A stretch of DNA of 64,000 bases from an uncultured Ignavibacteria bacterium (GTDB lineage: Bacteria > Zixibacteria > MSB-5A5 > CAIYYT01). The stretch is from NCBI GenBank assembly GCA_964576925.1, contig CAZNWJ010000004.1, forward strand, positions 55,218 through 119,217, in the 5' to 3' direction. A program made the translations under genes and the position numbers. The notes beneath the pieces are model-generated. The model was not told where the DNA came from, ran no database searches, and saw only the letters and a list, made by a program, of their open reading frames with translations. Positions 37,965 through 47,687 of the stretch are shown here, piece after piece (the stretch's first letter is position 1; the number at the start of each line of letters is the position of its first letter).

Positions 37965-39989
37965 ATGAAACGCTTCCTTCTGACGGCTGCAATCGCAGCG
38001 CTGTGGCTACTGGCGGTGGTGGCCTCGCAAGTGATGTCGGGTGAGACCGGCAAAATCCGCGGAAAAGTGATCAACAAGAGCACCAAGCAGCCGATAGCGT
38101 CGGCGGTCGTTGTCATCAACGGCACGACTATGGGCGCGCAGGCGGACTCGCTCGGCGAGTACATCATTGTCAATGTACCGCCGGGAAAGTACGCGCTAAC
38201 GGCTTCGGTGGCGGGCTACTCTTCGGTCCGAGTCGTGGAATTGACGGTGTCGCCCAATTCGACAACGCAGCAGGATTTCGCGCTCGAGGAATCGCTCATC
38301 CAGACCGATGCGCAGATTGTCGTTGCTGAGAGAGACCTACTCAAGATTACCGAGACCGCGAACCTGCGGCAAGTTTCACCGGAAGAAATCAAGAACATGC
38401 AGGCAAAGAACGCGCAGGATGCTCTTGGCGTTCAGTACCAGAGTGTCGCGCCAAAGAAAGAGCATCACATGCGCGCGAAGTCTGCTCCCCTCGGTTTCTG
38501 CGGTACACCGCCACCGGCAGTGCTTCCAGGAGGATGTTTCCCCCCGGCGCACGGCGGTACCACACCGCCGAACGGCGAGCCAGTCGATGCGATGTTCTTC
38601 AAGAACTACGGTGTCAATCCCTTCATAGATACCGATGACGACCACCTTTCGACTTTCGCTATCGACACGGATAACGCTTCCTACACGATGGCGAGGGCGT
38701 ACTTGAACGACGGCAACCTGCCGCCGGAAGAGGCTATCCGTGTTGAAGAGTTCGTTAACAACTTTAAGTATGACTATCAACATCCCCACGACCGCGCCTT
38801 TGCAGTGGAACTGGAGGCAGCGCCATCGCGCTTCGGGCAGAATTGCCAGCTTCTCAAAATCGGCATTGCCGGAAAGGTAGTCGATCCTAAGAAGCGGCTC
38901 GATGCGAACCTCGTGTTCGTGGTTGATGTGTCGGGTTCGATGGCCGCCGAGAATCGACTGGGTCTGGTGCGGCGCAGCTTGCGGATGCTGGTCGACCAAC
39001 TCAATCCGCGCGATCGGGTCGGCATTGTGGCTTATGGCAGCCAGGCGTGGACGATTCTGGAACCGACCTCAATTGCGAACAGCGAGCAGATCATCAACGC
39101 CATCGAACAGCTATATCCCAATGGTTCGACCTACGCCGAGGCGGGTATTCGGCTCGGTTACCAGATGGCTGACCGGATGTTCGAGACCGGCAAGATCAAC
39201 CGCGTGATCCTCTGCTCCGACGGCGTGGCGAATGTCGGGCAGACGGGAGCGGACGAAATCCTCAAGTCGATCAAGCAGTATGCGGACAAGGGGATCACGC
39301 TCTCGACGATCGGATTCGGTATGGGCAACTACAATGACATCTTGATGGAGAAGCTGGGGAACAAGGGCAACGGCTACTATGCCTATGTCGACACCTGGGA
39401 GGACGCGAAGCGGGTGTTCCGCGACAATCTGACCGGTGCGCTGCAGGTGATTGCGCGCGACGTGAAGATTCAGGTCGACTTCAACCCGAACGCCGTGGAG
39501 CGCTACCGACTGCTAGGTTACGAGAATCGCGACGTCGCCGACGAGAAGTTCCGCGATGACAAGGAAGACGGCGGCGAAATCGGCTCAGGGCACAAGGTGA
39601 CGGCGCTTTACGAAATCAAGTTGCGCAAGGACGCAGCCAGCAGCGAGATCGGCACGATTTACGTGCGTTTCAAGCACCCCGAGACCTTTGCCGTAACCGA
39701 GATTTCCGAGCGGATCGACCGGAGAATCCTGCGACGCAGTTTTGAGGAAGGCTCTGCCGATTTTCGCCTGGCAGCGGCTGCGGCTGAATTCTCTGAGATC
39801 ATGCGCAATTCGTTTTGGGCCAAGGGCAGCGACCTCAAGGCAGTGCTCCAGGTCGCACGCGACGTTGAACGGCAGCGATCGGACGATCAGGTCATTGAGT
39901 TGATGGACCTGATTGCCAAAGCCGATCGCCTGCGCAAAGACAAGGAGCGGAATCTGAACCCGGAGCCGATTGGATTGCGGGGCGAGTAG
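37965..39989 (+). CDS. Secreted von Willebrand factor A domain protein with an N-terminal CarbopepD_reg domain and a C-terminal DUF3520-like region (YfbK-like)
   Basis: Signal peptide. CarbopepD_reg GKIRGKVINKSTKQPIASAVVVINGT. vWA MIDAS motif DVSGSM. YfbK-like tail. Confidence 0.8.
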   Translation: MKRFLLTAAIAALWLLAVVASQVMSGETGKIRGKVINKSTKQPIASAVVVINGTTMGAQADSLGEYIIVNVPPGKYALTASVAGYSSVRVVELTVSPNSTTQQDFALEESLIQTDAQIVVAERDLLKITETANLRQVSPEEIKNMQAKNAQDALGVQYQSVAPKKEHHMRAKSAPLGFCGTPPPAVLPGGCFPPAHGGTTPPNGEPVDAMFFKNYGVNPFIDTDDDHLSTFAIDTDNASYTMARAYLNDGNLPPEEAIRVEEFVNNFKYDYQHPHDRAFAVELEAAPSRFGQNCQLLKIGIAGKVVDPKKRLDANLVFVVDVSGSMAAENRLGLVRRSLRMLVDQLNPRDRVGIVAYGSQAWTILEPTSIANSEQIINAIEQLYPNGSTYAEAGIRLGYQMADRMFETGKINRVILCSDGVANVGQTGADEILKSIKQYADKGITLSTIGFGMGNYNDILMEKLGNKGNGYYAYVDTWEDAKRVFRDNLTGALQVIARDVKIQVDFNPNAVERYRLLGYENRDVADEKFRDDKEDGGEIGSGHKVTALYEIKLRKDAASSEIGTIYVRFKHPETFAVTEISERIDRRILRRSFEEGSADFRLAAAAAEFSEIMRNSFWAKGSDLKAVLQVARDVERQRSDDQVIELMDLIAKADRLRKDKERNLNPEPIGLRGE

Positions 39990-40134
39990 ACAAGATGATG
40001 GTGGTCAGTGGACGGAGGCTGCCACTGATCAGATGAAAGAGGGCATCACCTGGCGGTGAAACAAAGGGGAAAGCTGTGAGGGCGAGCCTGAGGCTCGCCC
40101 TCGCGTTTGCAGGGGTGAAGGATGGTCGAACTTA

Positions 40135-41616
40135 CTATGCGCCAACCTTGCCGGTCAGGGTAACAACTCGCTGTCTGGCTAATGACTGGTTAAGATTGTT
40201 GACTGAATTGTAAGTGAACGCTTCCTGAAAGCTGTGCTCGGCTTTCTCGGTTTCCCCCTTGCCCCGATAAGCCTCGGCCAGCAGGCAGAGATTGTAAGGG
40301 TTCTGCGGGTTCGACTGGCCGAGATGCGTGATTGCTTGAGCCCAGTTCTTTTCCTGCAGCGCGATAATCGCCCCCAACTGGTGGGCGGCCCAAATCTGGA
40401 AGGTGTTCTGGTTGGCCTCGGCGCCGGTTTGATAAGTCTGAAAATGTTGTTTGGCCGATTCCAGATCACCGGAACGCGCGGCAACACGGCCGGCATCATA
40501 ATGGAAGTTGAGTTGCGCCAGCGCCATCAGGCGTTCGGAGTTATTCTCGGCCTTGGCCTGCAGGTCGACGGTTTCCTGGAAACGCTGGAGCGCATCAGCG
40601 TGACGGCCCATTTCGAGAAGGACATTCCCCATCAAATTGACGTCGCCCGACATGGCCGCGAAATCGTTGCTCGCGGCGGCGATGTCATACATCTTGTGCA
40701 GCATATCGAGTCCAAGCTCGTAATTGCCTTCGTCGATCGCCGAGATCGCCATCCCCGCATAGGCGGCACGGCGCTGGCCATCGTTTTTTGCCTGGTCGAG
40801 AAACTGTTGTAGTTTCTCGCGCGCGTCTTGGTGGCGACCCATGAAATTGAGATTGCTGGCGATGCCGAAGTACGACGGCGGGAAATCGGCATTGGTCTTG
40901 AGCGCTTTCTCGTATTGCGCGATCGATTCTTCGAAGCGGCTCAGCTTCATCAACAACTCGGCATACGAATCGTAGGGGTTCGGATCGGTCGGGATCAGCT
41001 CGATGTATTTCTTGAATGCCGCTTCGGCCTCATCCATGCGGTTATTGAAGCGGTGCGCGTAGCCGAGTTGGTTGTAAACCGGCGAGTAGTTCGGCGAGAT
41101 TGCCGCGGCCTGCATGTAATGGCGGGAGGCGTCCTCCCAGCGTTGCTGGCCGAAGTAGACGTTGCCGAGAAGCGTGTGGACGCGCTCGTCGGTTGGGCGG
41201 GCCGTTTCAAGCTGCTTGAGAAGTTCTTCCTGCTTGGGCTGATCGCCATTAACGCCGGCGACCGTAGCCTGGATCAGCAATTGCTCTGCGGGGCTGGCCT
41301 TGGCGGCGGTGTTGCGCGCCTTATCGAGAGCGGCGAAAAAATCCGCGGGTGTGGCGGAAACCTGCGCAAGCAACAGGTGTGCCTGGGCGAAATCGGGATC
41401 GAGTTCGACCGCCTGTTTAAGCAGCGGCAGCGCCTCGGTGGCGCGCAATTTTTCGCTGAGATCGCGCGCCTGGACGAATAACTGTTTGGCCTTGTCGGAG
41501 TTGGTTGTGATCGGGACTTTGCCGTCGTCGACCGGCGTTGAAGCGCAGCCGAAAGCGGCGAGTGTCAACAGCGCCAGCGCGAGGACGGCGCCGCGGCGAG
41601 CCTTGACAAATTGCAT
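40135..41616 (-). CDS. TPR-repeat lipoprotein
   Basis: Lipobox LAAFGC after a signal peptide, then about ten TPR repeats. Confidence 0.7.
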   Translation of the reverse strand: MQFVKARRGAVLALALLTLAAFGCASTPVDDGKVPITTNSDKAKQLFVQARDLSEKLRATEALPLLKQAVELDPDFAQAHLLLAQVSATPADFFAALDKARNTAAKASPAEQLLIQATVAGVNGDQPKQEELLKQLETARPTDERVHTLLGNVYFGQQRWEDASRHYMQAAAISPNYSPVYNQLGYAHRFNNRMDEAEAAFKKYIELIPTDPNPYDSYAELLMKLSRFEESIAQYEKALKTNADFPPSYFGIASNLNFMGRHQDAREKLQQFLDQAKNDGQRRAAYAGMAISAIDEGNYELGLDMLHKMYDIAAASNDFAAMSGDVNLMGNVLLEMGRHADALQRFQETVDLQAKAENNSERLMALAQLNFHYDAGRVAARSGDLESAKQHFQTYQTGAEANQNTFQIWAAHQLGAIIALQEKNWAQAITHLGQSNPQNPYNLCLLAEAYRGKGETEKAEHSFQEAFTYNSVNNLNQSLARQRVVTLTGKVGA

Positions 41617-41796
41617 CGGGATCTCCTTATGTCAGGAAAGTTGCGTAATGGGTTACCAATAAATATGAGACGCAGTGAGGCGTGCGTCGTTTAATCGCAT
41701 ACGGTTGGGCAGTTTAGGTTACGAGATTGGGCGGGAAGAAGTTGCGGGGAATGTCATTCCCGCGCAGGCGGGAATCCAGGGTTTTTGGACAGCGAG

Positions 41797-42115
41797 TCGT
41801 TCGCTCCTCGCAATGACAATAGGTGGGGCAGGGGCTGGGTTTGCCTGCCCGGGCGGATGACGGAACAGGTGCAGATCAGGTGTCAAATCCCTGCATCACG
41901 CAATATCGGTGCGGAAGACGCACGTCTGTCGGGAACAGGCGGATCGAGGCGGTGTGAGGAGAGACGGGATTTGACCTACTGGCTACGAAATCACGTCGAA
42001 GCGAGAAACCCGACACTCGCTTGCAAATCACGTACCGATGTCGGGTTTCTCATTCCGCGCGCACTAGTCCGGTTACTTGCGGTGGATTTACGCGCGGAAT
42101 TCGGATCCTGACTTG
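41797..42115 (+). repeat. Composite hairpin-rich element, copy B1 (modules M1-M4)
   Basis: M1 CGTTCGCTCCTCGCAATGAC plus the GGGCAGGGGCTGGGTTTGCCTGCCCGGG hairpin. M2 IR GTCAAATCCC at 41883 ... GGGATTTGAC at 41975. M3 GAGAAACCCGACAC...GTCGGGTTTCTC at 42003-42051. M4 TTCCGCGCGC...CGCGCGGAATT at 42053-42101. Confidence 0.85.
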
Positions 42116-42307
42116 CGAATTGTTGCACACGCGTTTGGATGCGATAATTCGCGGTGGTGCGATAAGAGTCGGGAATTGATCCTCGGCCTGAGCCGTTGCC
42201 GTCCTGCGATGGGCGACGATTTTCCCGAACTTGAATCCTTCAAATCACAGGTCCGGTCTAAGGAAGTAAGAGTTTTTCATGTGCGTTACTGATCATTGGA
42301 GGTAGGA

Positions 42308-43357
42308 TTGACCAAGAAGATCATTGGCTGGACACTCGTTCTGATTGCGGCGGGCCTCGTGGCAATCTTCATCTGGTGCCTGATTCCGATTAAACCGACA
42401 ATTGCACCGCTTGCGGAACGTCCCGGCACGAAGTACTGGCAGATGTCGAAAGGCTATCGATTAGCCTACACGCATATTCTCGCTGCGCCCCCTGCCGACC
42501 GCCCGCCGGTCATTTATGTACATGGCGGACCGGGCGGTTATGTTGACTCCACCGAAATCAATACATTCGGTGTGTTGGCGCAATTCGGACACGATGTTTA
42601 TCTCTATGACCAAGTCGGATCGGGGCTATCCGACCGGCTGCCGCGGCCGAAGGACTATTCGTTCACCGGACACCTTGCAGATTTGCACGAGATTATCACG
42701 CGACAGCTGGCGGCGCCCCAGGTGATTCTGATCGGGCAGTCGTACGGCGGTATCCTGGCCGCGCACTATCTGGCGCAGCATCCGGAAATGGTCGAGAAGA
42801 TCGTCCTGAGTTCCCCGGGCGAGTTGGCGCCGACACGGTTTACCGCGGAAGGCAAGTGGGTGAACGACAGTCTTTATCCGACGCCGGATTCACCGAGATT
42901 CATCAAGGTCGAGAGCAAGGGCGGTGATGTGGCGATGAGGATGCCGTTACGGGGATTGCTGGCGATGGCATTGGCGACCACCCTGAATATCAAGTTCGTG
43001 CCGGATGCCGAGGCGGACGGAATCCTTAACACACTTGCGGCCGGGTTTACCTGGGAGATGGTCTGTGATTCGGCGAACGTGCGGCCGGAGGAAGGCGGCG
43101 CGGGATTCTATTCACACGGTTGGAGCAACTGGTTTGGCGATCTGGAGGATCCGCGCGAAGCGATGCGAACGATCAAGGTGCCCGTGTTGGTACTCCAGGG
43201 TCAGTGCGACCATATCCCCTATGCGGCCGTAATTGAGTACGCCGATCTGTTCCCGGAATCACGCTACGTATTCATCGAAGGGGCCGGGCACGTGATCTGG
43301 TGGGAGAAGCGGGAGGAGTATCTGCGATTGATCGGTGAATTCCTCGCCGAGCGATAG
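42308..43357 (+). CDS. Alpha/beta-hydrolase, proline iminopeptidase-like (S33 family)
   Basis: N-terminal TM helix. Nucleophile elbow GQSYGG. HGGPGG oxyanion region. A GGAGG RBS sits 7 nt before the TTG at 42308, and the ORF also opens at TTG 42296. Confidence 0.8.
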   Translation: MTKKIIGWTLVLIAAGLVAIFIWCLIPIKPTIAPLAERPGTKYWQMSKGYRLAYTHILAAPPADRPPVIYVHGGPGGYVDSTEINTFGVLAQFGHDVYLYDQVGSGLSDRLPRPKDYSFTGHLADLHEIITRQLAAPQVILIGQSYGGILAAHYLAQHPEMVEKIVLSSPGELAPTRFTAEGKWVNDSLYPTPDSPRFIKVESKGGDVAMRMPLRGLLAMALATTLNIKFVPDAEADGILNTLAAGFTWEMVCDSANVRPEEGGAGFYSHGWSNWFGDLEDPREAMRTIKVPVLVLQGQCDHIPYAAVIEYADLFPESRYVFIEGAGHVIWWEKREEYLRLIGEFLAER

Positions 43358-43489
43358 ACCGTGACAGGCGGGTGTTGAAGCCCTGCAGAAAGTCAACTCG
43401 GAAATGGGTTTGTGCAACCATGGGGTGCGACCTGCGGGCGTCGGTTAGATTGCTTCGTAGCGGCAGTGGAAGGTAGTTGTTCCAGGGGG

Positions 43490-43810
43490 ATCGTCCGCTC
43501 CTCGCAATGACAGAAATCGGGCGTAGGGGCTGGGTTTGCCTGCCCGGGTATGTGACGGGACGAAGGATGATCAGGTGTCAAATCCCTACGTCGCGGAATA
43601 TCGAAATGGAATGGACCCGTGTGTCGGACAAACGGATCGCGGTGGTGTGAGGAGAGGCGGGATTTGACCTACTGGCTACGAAATCACGTCGAAGCGAGAA
43701 ACCCGACACTCGCTTGCAAATCACGTACCGATGTCGGGTTTCTCATTCCGCGCATTGTAATCCGGTTGTTTACGTTGGACCTGTGCGCGGAATTCGGAAC
43801 CCGACCTACG
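43490..43810 (+). repeat. Composite hairpin-rich element, copy B2 (M1-M4), followed by an orphan half of M2 at about 43830-43885
   Basis: M1 at 43490-43548. M2 IR at 43577-43667. M3 at 43696-43744. M4 at 43745-43800. The M3 and flanking sequence are near-identical to copy B1. Confidence 0.85.
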
Positions 43811-43893
43811 AACTACGGAACATCCATATGGAATACACGCGTCTGTCGGACAGGTAGATTGTGGTGGCGTTAGAAGAAGCGAGATTTGACCGA

Positions 43894-44622
43894 CTACTTC
43901 AGCAGCAGCAATTTTAGACTGTGTTGTTTGCCTCCGGCAATAATTCGACAGAAATAGACGCCGGATGCAGCCGCAGCACCGGTTTCATCGCGACCATCCC
44001 AGGAAAACTCATGAGGACCGGATAACAATAGCCGCCGCTGGAGAAGGCGAACCCTGCGGCCGCTGACATCAATTATCGAAATGTCAACAGCAGCCGATGC
44101 GGAGAGGTTGAAACTGATAGTCGTAGCCAAATTGAAGGGATTAGGAAATGCAACGAGTCGCATTTCGGACAGTGAATTCACGTCAACGGCATATTCAGTC
44201 GATAGCGGTTGCGGGTGCAGATAGAACGTGTACTCAGTGGGCCCAAAGGTGAAATCGAAGTCGTCTGGACATCCCAACTGATCCCACTTGTAACTGACAA
44301 TTGTGGTATCGTAGCCTTGCGCAGTAGCATAATAGTGTACATATCCGCCAACAGGTCCTGAGGGATAGTACAATGTGCAACAATCGGCGATGGTGAAACG
44401 ACCCTCTGCATCAGTCAGGGCAAACAGTTCGCCATTGAGATTTCCGCATCCCCAGCATTGGGAGTACAAGCTGACGAGGGCGCCTTCGATGGGTAGAGAA
44501 TCCCGATAGTCGAGCACCTGCCCGGAAAGACCATTGTTGATGAAACACCCGGCTGACGCTGATGATGCTGATACCAATAGCCCCAACAGCCAGAAACAGA
44601 ACGCAAACTTGGATTGCCGCAT
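43894..44622 (-). CDS. Secreted protein with a CarbopepD_reg-like N-terminal domain and a T9SS C-terminal sorting domain
   Basis: Signal peptide. GQVLDYRDSLPIEGALVSL...TDAEGRFTI. CTD FPNPFNLATTISFNLS...GVYFCRI...KLLLLK. Confidence 0.7.
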   Translation of the reverse strand: MRQSKFAFCFWLLGLLVSASSASAGCFINNGLSGQVLDYRDSLPIEGALVSLYSQCWGCGNLNGELFALTDAEGRFTIADCCTLYYPSGPVGGYVHYYATAQGYDTTIVSYKWDQLGCPDDFDFTFGPTEYTFYLHPQPLSTEYAVDVNSLSEMRLVAFPNPFNLATTISFNLSASAAVDISIIDVSGRRVRLLQRRLLLSGPHEFSWDGRDETGAAAASGVYFCRIIAGGKQHSLKLLLLK

Positions 44623-44724
44623 AGTTAGCTCCGCTTAACAAGTCCCTTTCGTCCGAGCTGTCAGACCCCGTTGTACAATTCAAGTTACCTAAATCTACAA
44701 ATGTGTCAAGCATTAAGAGCAGTT

Positions 44725-45045
44725 GTCAAATCCCTTCGTCACGGAATATCTAAACGGAACGCACACGTCTATCGGATAGATAGATTGCGGTGGTGTGAGA
44801 AAAAGCGGGATTTTACCTACGAACTCGCTCCTCGCAATGAGGAACGGTGGGCCTAGGGGTTGGGTTTGTCTGCCCGGGTTAGTATTCCGTAGGTCGGGTT
44901 CCGAGCGTTGCCGTTGCCCTATTCTACGAAATCATGTGGAAGCGAGAAACCCGACACTTCCGAATCACACACCGATGTCGGGTTTCTCATTCCGCGCGCA
45001 ATAATCCGTTTACTTGCGTTGGATTTCCGCGCGGAATTCAGAACC
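44725..45045 (+). repeat. Composite hairpin-rich element, copy B3 (module order M2-M1-M3-M4)
   Basis: M2 IR at 44725-44817, with the 3-prime arm variant GGGATTTTAC. M1 at 44821-44878. M3 at 44944-44987. M4 at 44989-45040. Confidence 0.85.
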
Positions 45046-45573
45046 CGACCTACGAACTGCCAATGTCGACTTCGATCGACGATAGATGCGCCTTATCACT
45101 CTTTGAGACCGACAGCCTTTGGCCCCACATTCGCCGAAGAACCCGAGCAAGTAGATGCCAGAAAATGGATTGTGGCTCGGCTTGTTGATTTGACTCAGCA
45201 GTCGCGACATTTCGCATGAGCAATGCAGATTTGGAGAGATGTGAACCAACAAGACCGTGTCAGATGGATACGGTAGATCTGACTTCCTCTTAAGAATACG
45301 ATTGAGTCGTTCTTCCAGTCTGAGTTCCTCCCATGTCCCGACTTCAGTTTCCTCTCCGCGGTACGTCTGCCATTTCCGACGTGCGTCACTTGGATTGTAG
45401 TATTCCGAGGTGATTTCGAGATCTATGCACTGATTTCGTTGCACATATCGAAGGTCCGGTCGCGGATTGTCGAGTCGCCGCTCAAACACAAAGCTGTGCC
45501 CGCTGCGAGCGTTGTACCAGGCAATGAAGGTATCAGCTACGTCCCTCTCGAATTTGACCTGAGATCGATCCAT
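45010..45573 (-). CDS. Hypothetical protein in a low-GC patch, no recognizable domain
   Basis: Open frame with AT-richer composition than its neighbours. Its last ~35 codons read into repeat copy B3, so the true 3-prime end is uncertain. Confidence 0.35.
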   Translation of the reverse strand: MDRSQVKFERDVADTFIAWYNARSGHSFVFERRLDNPRPDLRYVQRNQCIDLEITSEYYNPSDARRKWQTYRGEETEVGTWEELRLEERLNRILKRKSDLPYPSDTVLLVHISPNLHCSCEMSRLLSQINKPSHNPFSGIYLLGFFGECGAKGCRSQRVIRRIYRRSKSTLAVRRSGSEFRAEIQRK

Positions 45574-45616
45574 CTCGCCGTATTGCTCTCTGTTTCGTTG
45601 GACATGAAGTCACCCC

Positions 45617-47584
45617 CTACAACCTCCCCTTGACCCACTCTTCGAGGCCGCCGGCGAGGATCAGCTCCTGCGCAGCGATACCGACCGGGCCGATCGGGTA
45701 ATCTTTGCCGGAAGCGACGATCTTCGAGTTTGCGAAGTCGACCTTTGCAGCGATGCCGGTCTTGACGGTGAGTTTGTCGGCGCCGAATTGCTTCTTGAGA
45801 TCGTTGACGAGTTCCGGCGCTTCGACAGCAAGGAAGCCGTTATTGAGCGCGTTGCGTTTGTAGGTCTCGGAGAATGATCCGGCTACCACCAGCGCGATGC
45901 CGCGATACTTGAGCGCCGTCGCGGCCTGCTCGCGTGACGAGCCGGTCCCGAAGTTGAAGCCGCCGACGAGCACGTCGCCCTTCTTGACGATCTTGCCGAA
46001 TTCCTGATCGTAGTTTTCCATCACGACGGAGGCCTGTTGCTCCGGCGTGAAATCGTCGATGTAGGTATACTTGCCGGGATAGATGCCGTCGGTGTTGAGA
46101 TTGTCCTGATGACAGAAAATCAACTCGCCCTCGATCTGCGCCGGAAAGCCGCTGATGATCGTGACCTTGCCTGGGGCGGAAGCTTTGGCAGGGCTGCCGG
46201 ACACGCCGCCGATCGGTTTGCCTTCACCGTCTCCGCCGGGCAAATCGATATGACCGGCGATGGCCGAAGCCGCCACCACAGCGGGCGAAGCAAGATACGC
46301 CTGCGATTCTCGCGAACCCATACGGCCTTTGAAATTGCGGTTGGTGGCGGAGATACCCACTTCGCCGTCCTCAAGCGTGCCGGTGCCGAGTCCGATACAG
46401 GCGCCGCAGCCGGCGGGAAGCACAATGGCGCCGGCATCGACGAGAACCTTCCAGTCACCGCGACGCTCCGATTCGGATTGGACTTCCGAGGAAGCTGCTG
46501 CGAGATAGAACTTCACGCCGGGGGCGAATTTCTTGCCGCGGGTAACTGCTGCAGCCTGCGCGATGTCCTCGATACGTCCGTTGACGCAGGACATCAGGTA
46601 AGCTTTGTGGATGGCGACTTTTTTTGCGCGCATCGAAGCGACGGAATTCATCACTTTGACGGTGTTTGGGCCGGAAACGTGAGGCTGAACGGAATCGAGT
46701 TCGAGATAGAGCTCACGGGCATAGACAGCGCCTGTATCGGCCTTGGGGATATTCCGTTCAAGTTCATCGATGCGTCGGTGATTCATGCGCGGTTGTGATC
46801 CGCCGCCATCGGAATCCGAAGGCACGCGTTGCAGGCCGCGCTTTGCCACATAGTCTGCCCGCGCACGCAGCCAGTTGATGGTGACTTCGTCGATGGGGAA
46901 GAGGCCGACCAGCGCGCCCCATTCGGTGGTCATATTGGCGATGGTCAAGCGTTCGTCGATCGAAAGGGCTTTCAGACCGTCGCCGGCAAATTCGACGGCG
47001 TGGTTCAAGACTTCGTCTTTGTTGAAGAAACCGCAAAGCGTGACAATGACATCCTTGCCGGTAACGCCGGGGCGCAACTTGCCGCGCAATTCCACTTTTG
47101 CCACCGGCGGGACTTGCCACCAGGTGCGGCCGGTCGCCCAGATCGCGGCGGCGTCAGTGCGTACGATCGGTGTTCCGAGGCAACCAAGGCCGCCGTACAT
47201 ATTGGAGTGCGAATCGGAAGCGACCGCGAGCGTGCCAGGCCAGGCATAGCCCTCTTCGCACATGATCTGGTGTCCGATGCCGCGACCGGCCGGATAAAAG
47301 TCGATGCCGTGTTCTTTGGCAAAGGCTTCGATCTTACCGTACTTCCTGAGATTATCCTCGCCGGTGTCCTGCACGTTGTGGTCGAGGGTGAAGACAACTT
47401 GGCGCGGATTGAAGACTCTCTTTGCGCCGATCGACTTGAATTTCGGGATCACGGCGCCGGTGTTGTCGTGCGTCATGACATAGGCAGGTTTGATCGAGAT
47501 GTAGTCGCCGGCGCGAACCTCGTGGCCGGGCTCAAGACCGTACGCGAATATTTGGGCGAGTTTCTCGACGAGTGTTTGCGGCAT
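45617..47584 (-). CDS. Aconitase-family hydro-lyase with fused large (LeuC-like) and small (LeuD-like) domains
   Basis: Fe-S cluster and substrate motifs [12 protein letters not shown] and CGACIGLG. The C-terminal swivel domain resembles LeuD. 655 aa. Confidence 0.8.
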   Translation of the reverse strand: MPQTLVEKLAQIFAYGLEPGHEVRAGDYISIKPAYVMTHDNTGAVIPKFKSIGAKRVFNPRQVVFTLDHNVQDTGEDNLRKYGKIEAFAKEHGIDFYPAGRGIGHQIMCEEGYAWPGTLAVASDSHSNMYGGLGCLGTPIVRTDAAAIWATGRTWWQVPPVAKVELRGKLRPGVTGKDVIVTLCGFFNKDEVLNHAVEFAGDGLKALSIDERLTIANMTTEWGALVGLFPIDEVTINWLRARADYVAKRGLQRVPSDSDGGGSQPRMNHRRIDELERNIPKADTGAVYARELYLELDSVQPHVSGPNTVKVMNSVASMRAKKVAIHKAYLMSCVNGRIEDIAQAAAVTRGKKFAPGVKFYLAAASSEVQSESERRGDWKVLVDAGAIVLPAGCGACIGLGTGTLEDGEVGISATNRNFKGRMGSRESQAYLASPAVVAASAIAGHIDLPGGDGEGKPIGGVSGSPAKASAPGKVTIISGFPAQIEGELIFCHQDNLNTDGIYPGKYTYIDDFTPEQQASVVMENYDQEFGKIVKKGDVLVGGFNFGTGSSREQAATALKYRGIALVVAGSFSETYKRNALNNGFLAVEAPELVNDLKKQFGADKLTVKTGIAAKVDFANSKIVASGKDYPIGPVGIAAQELILAGGLEEWVKGRL

Positions 47585-47687
47585 GGCGGATTCTCTCCAA
47601 TGTCTGTCAATAAGTCAAAACTGGAGAAAAGATACCGACCATCCGGGTGGAAGTCAACGGGCGCGGAGAGGCGTCAATACCGGCGAT

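Noticed and set aside
41785-42111. 108-aa ORF inside repeat B1, and its look-alikes at 43619..43873 and 44908..45219
   Set aside because: Their similarity to each other comes from nucleotide-level conservation of the repeat modules. Conservation follows the stem pairing, not codon positions. They have no start or RBS context.
41790-45070. Integron-like attC sites delimiting gene cassettes
   Set aside because: The cassette-like bracketing and the same-orientation imperfect inverted repeats are suggestive. But the elements are 3-4 times longer than attC, they lack the RYYYAAC/GTTRRRY core sites, the flanked genes are on opposite strands, and no intI gene is nearby. I kept this only as an alternative hypothesis in the findings.
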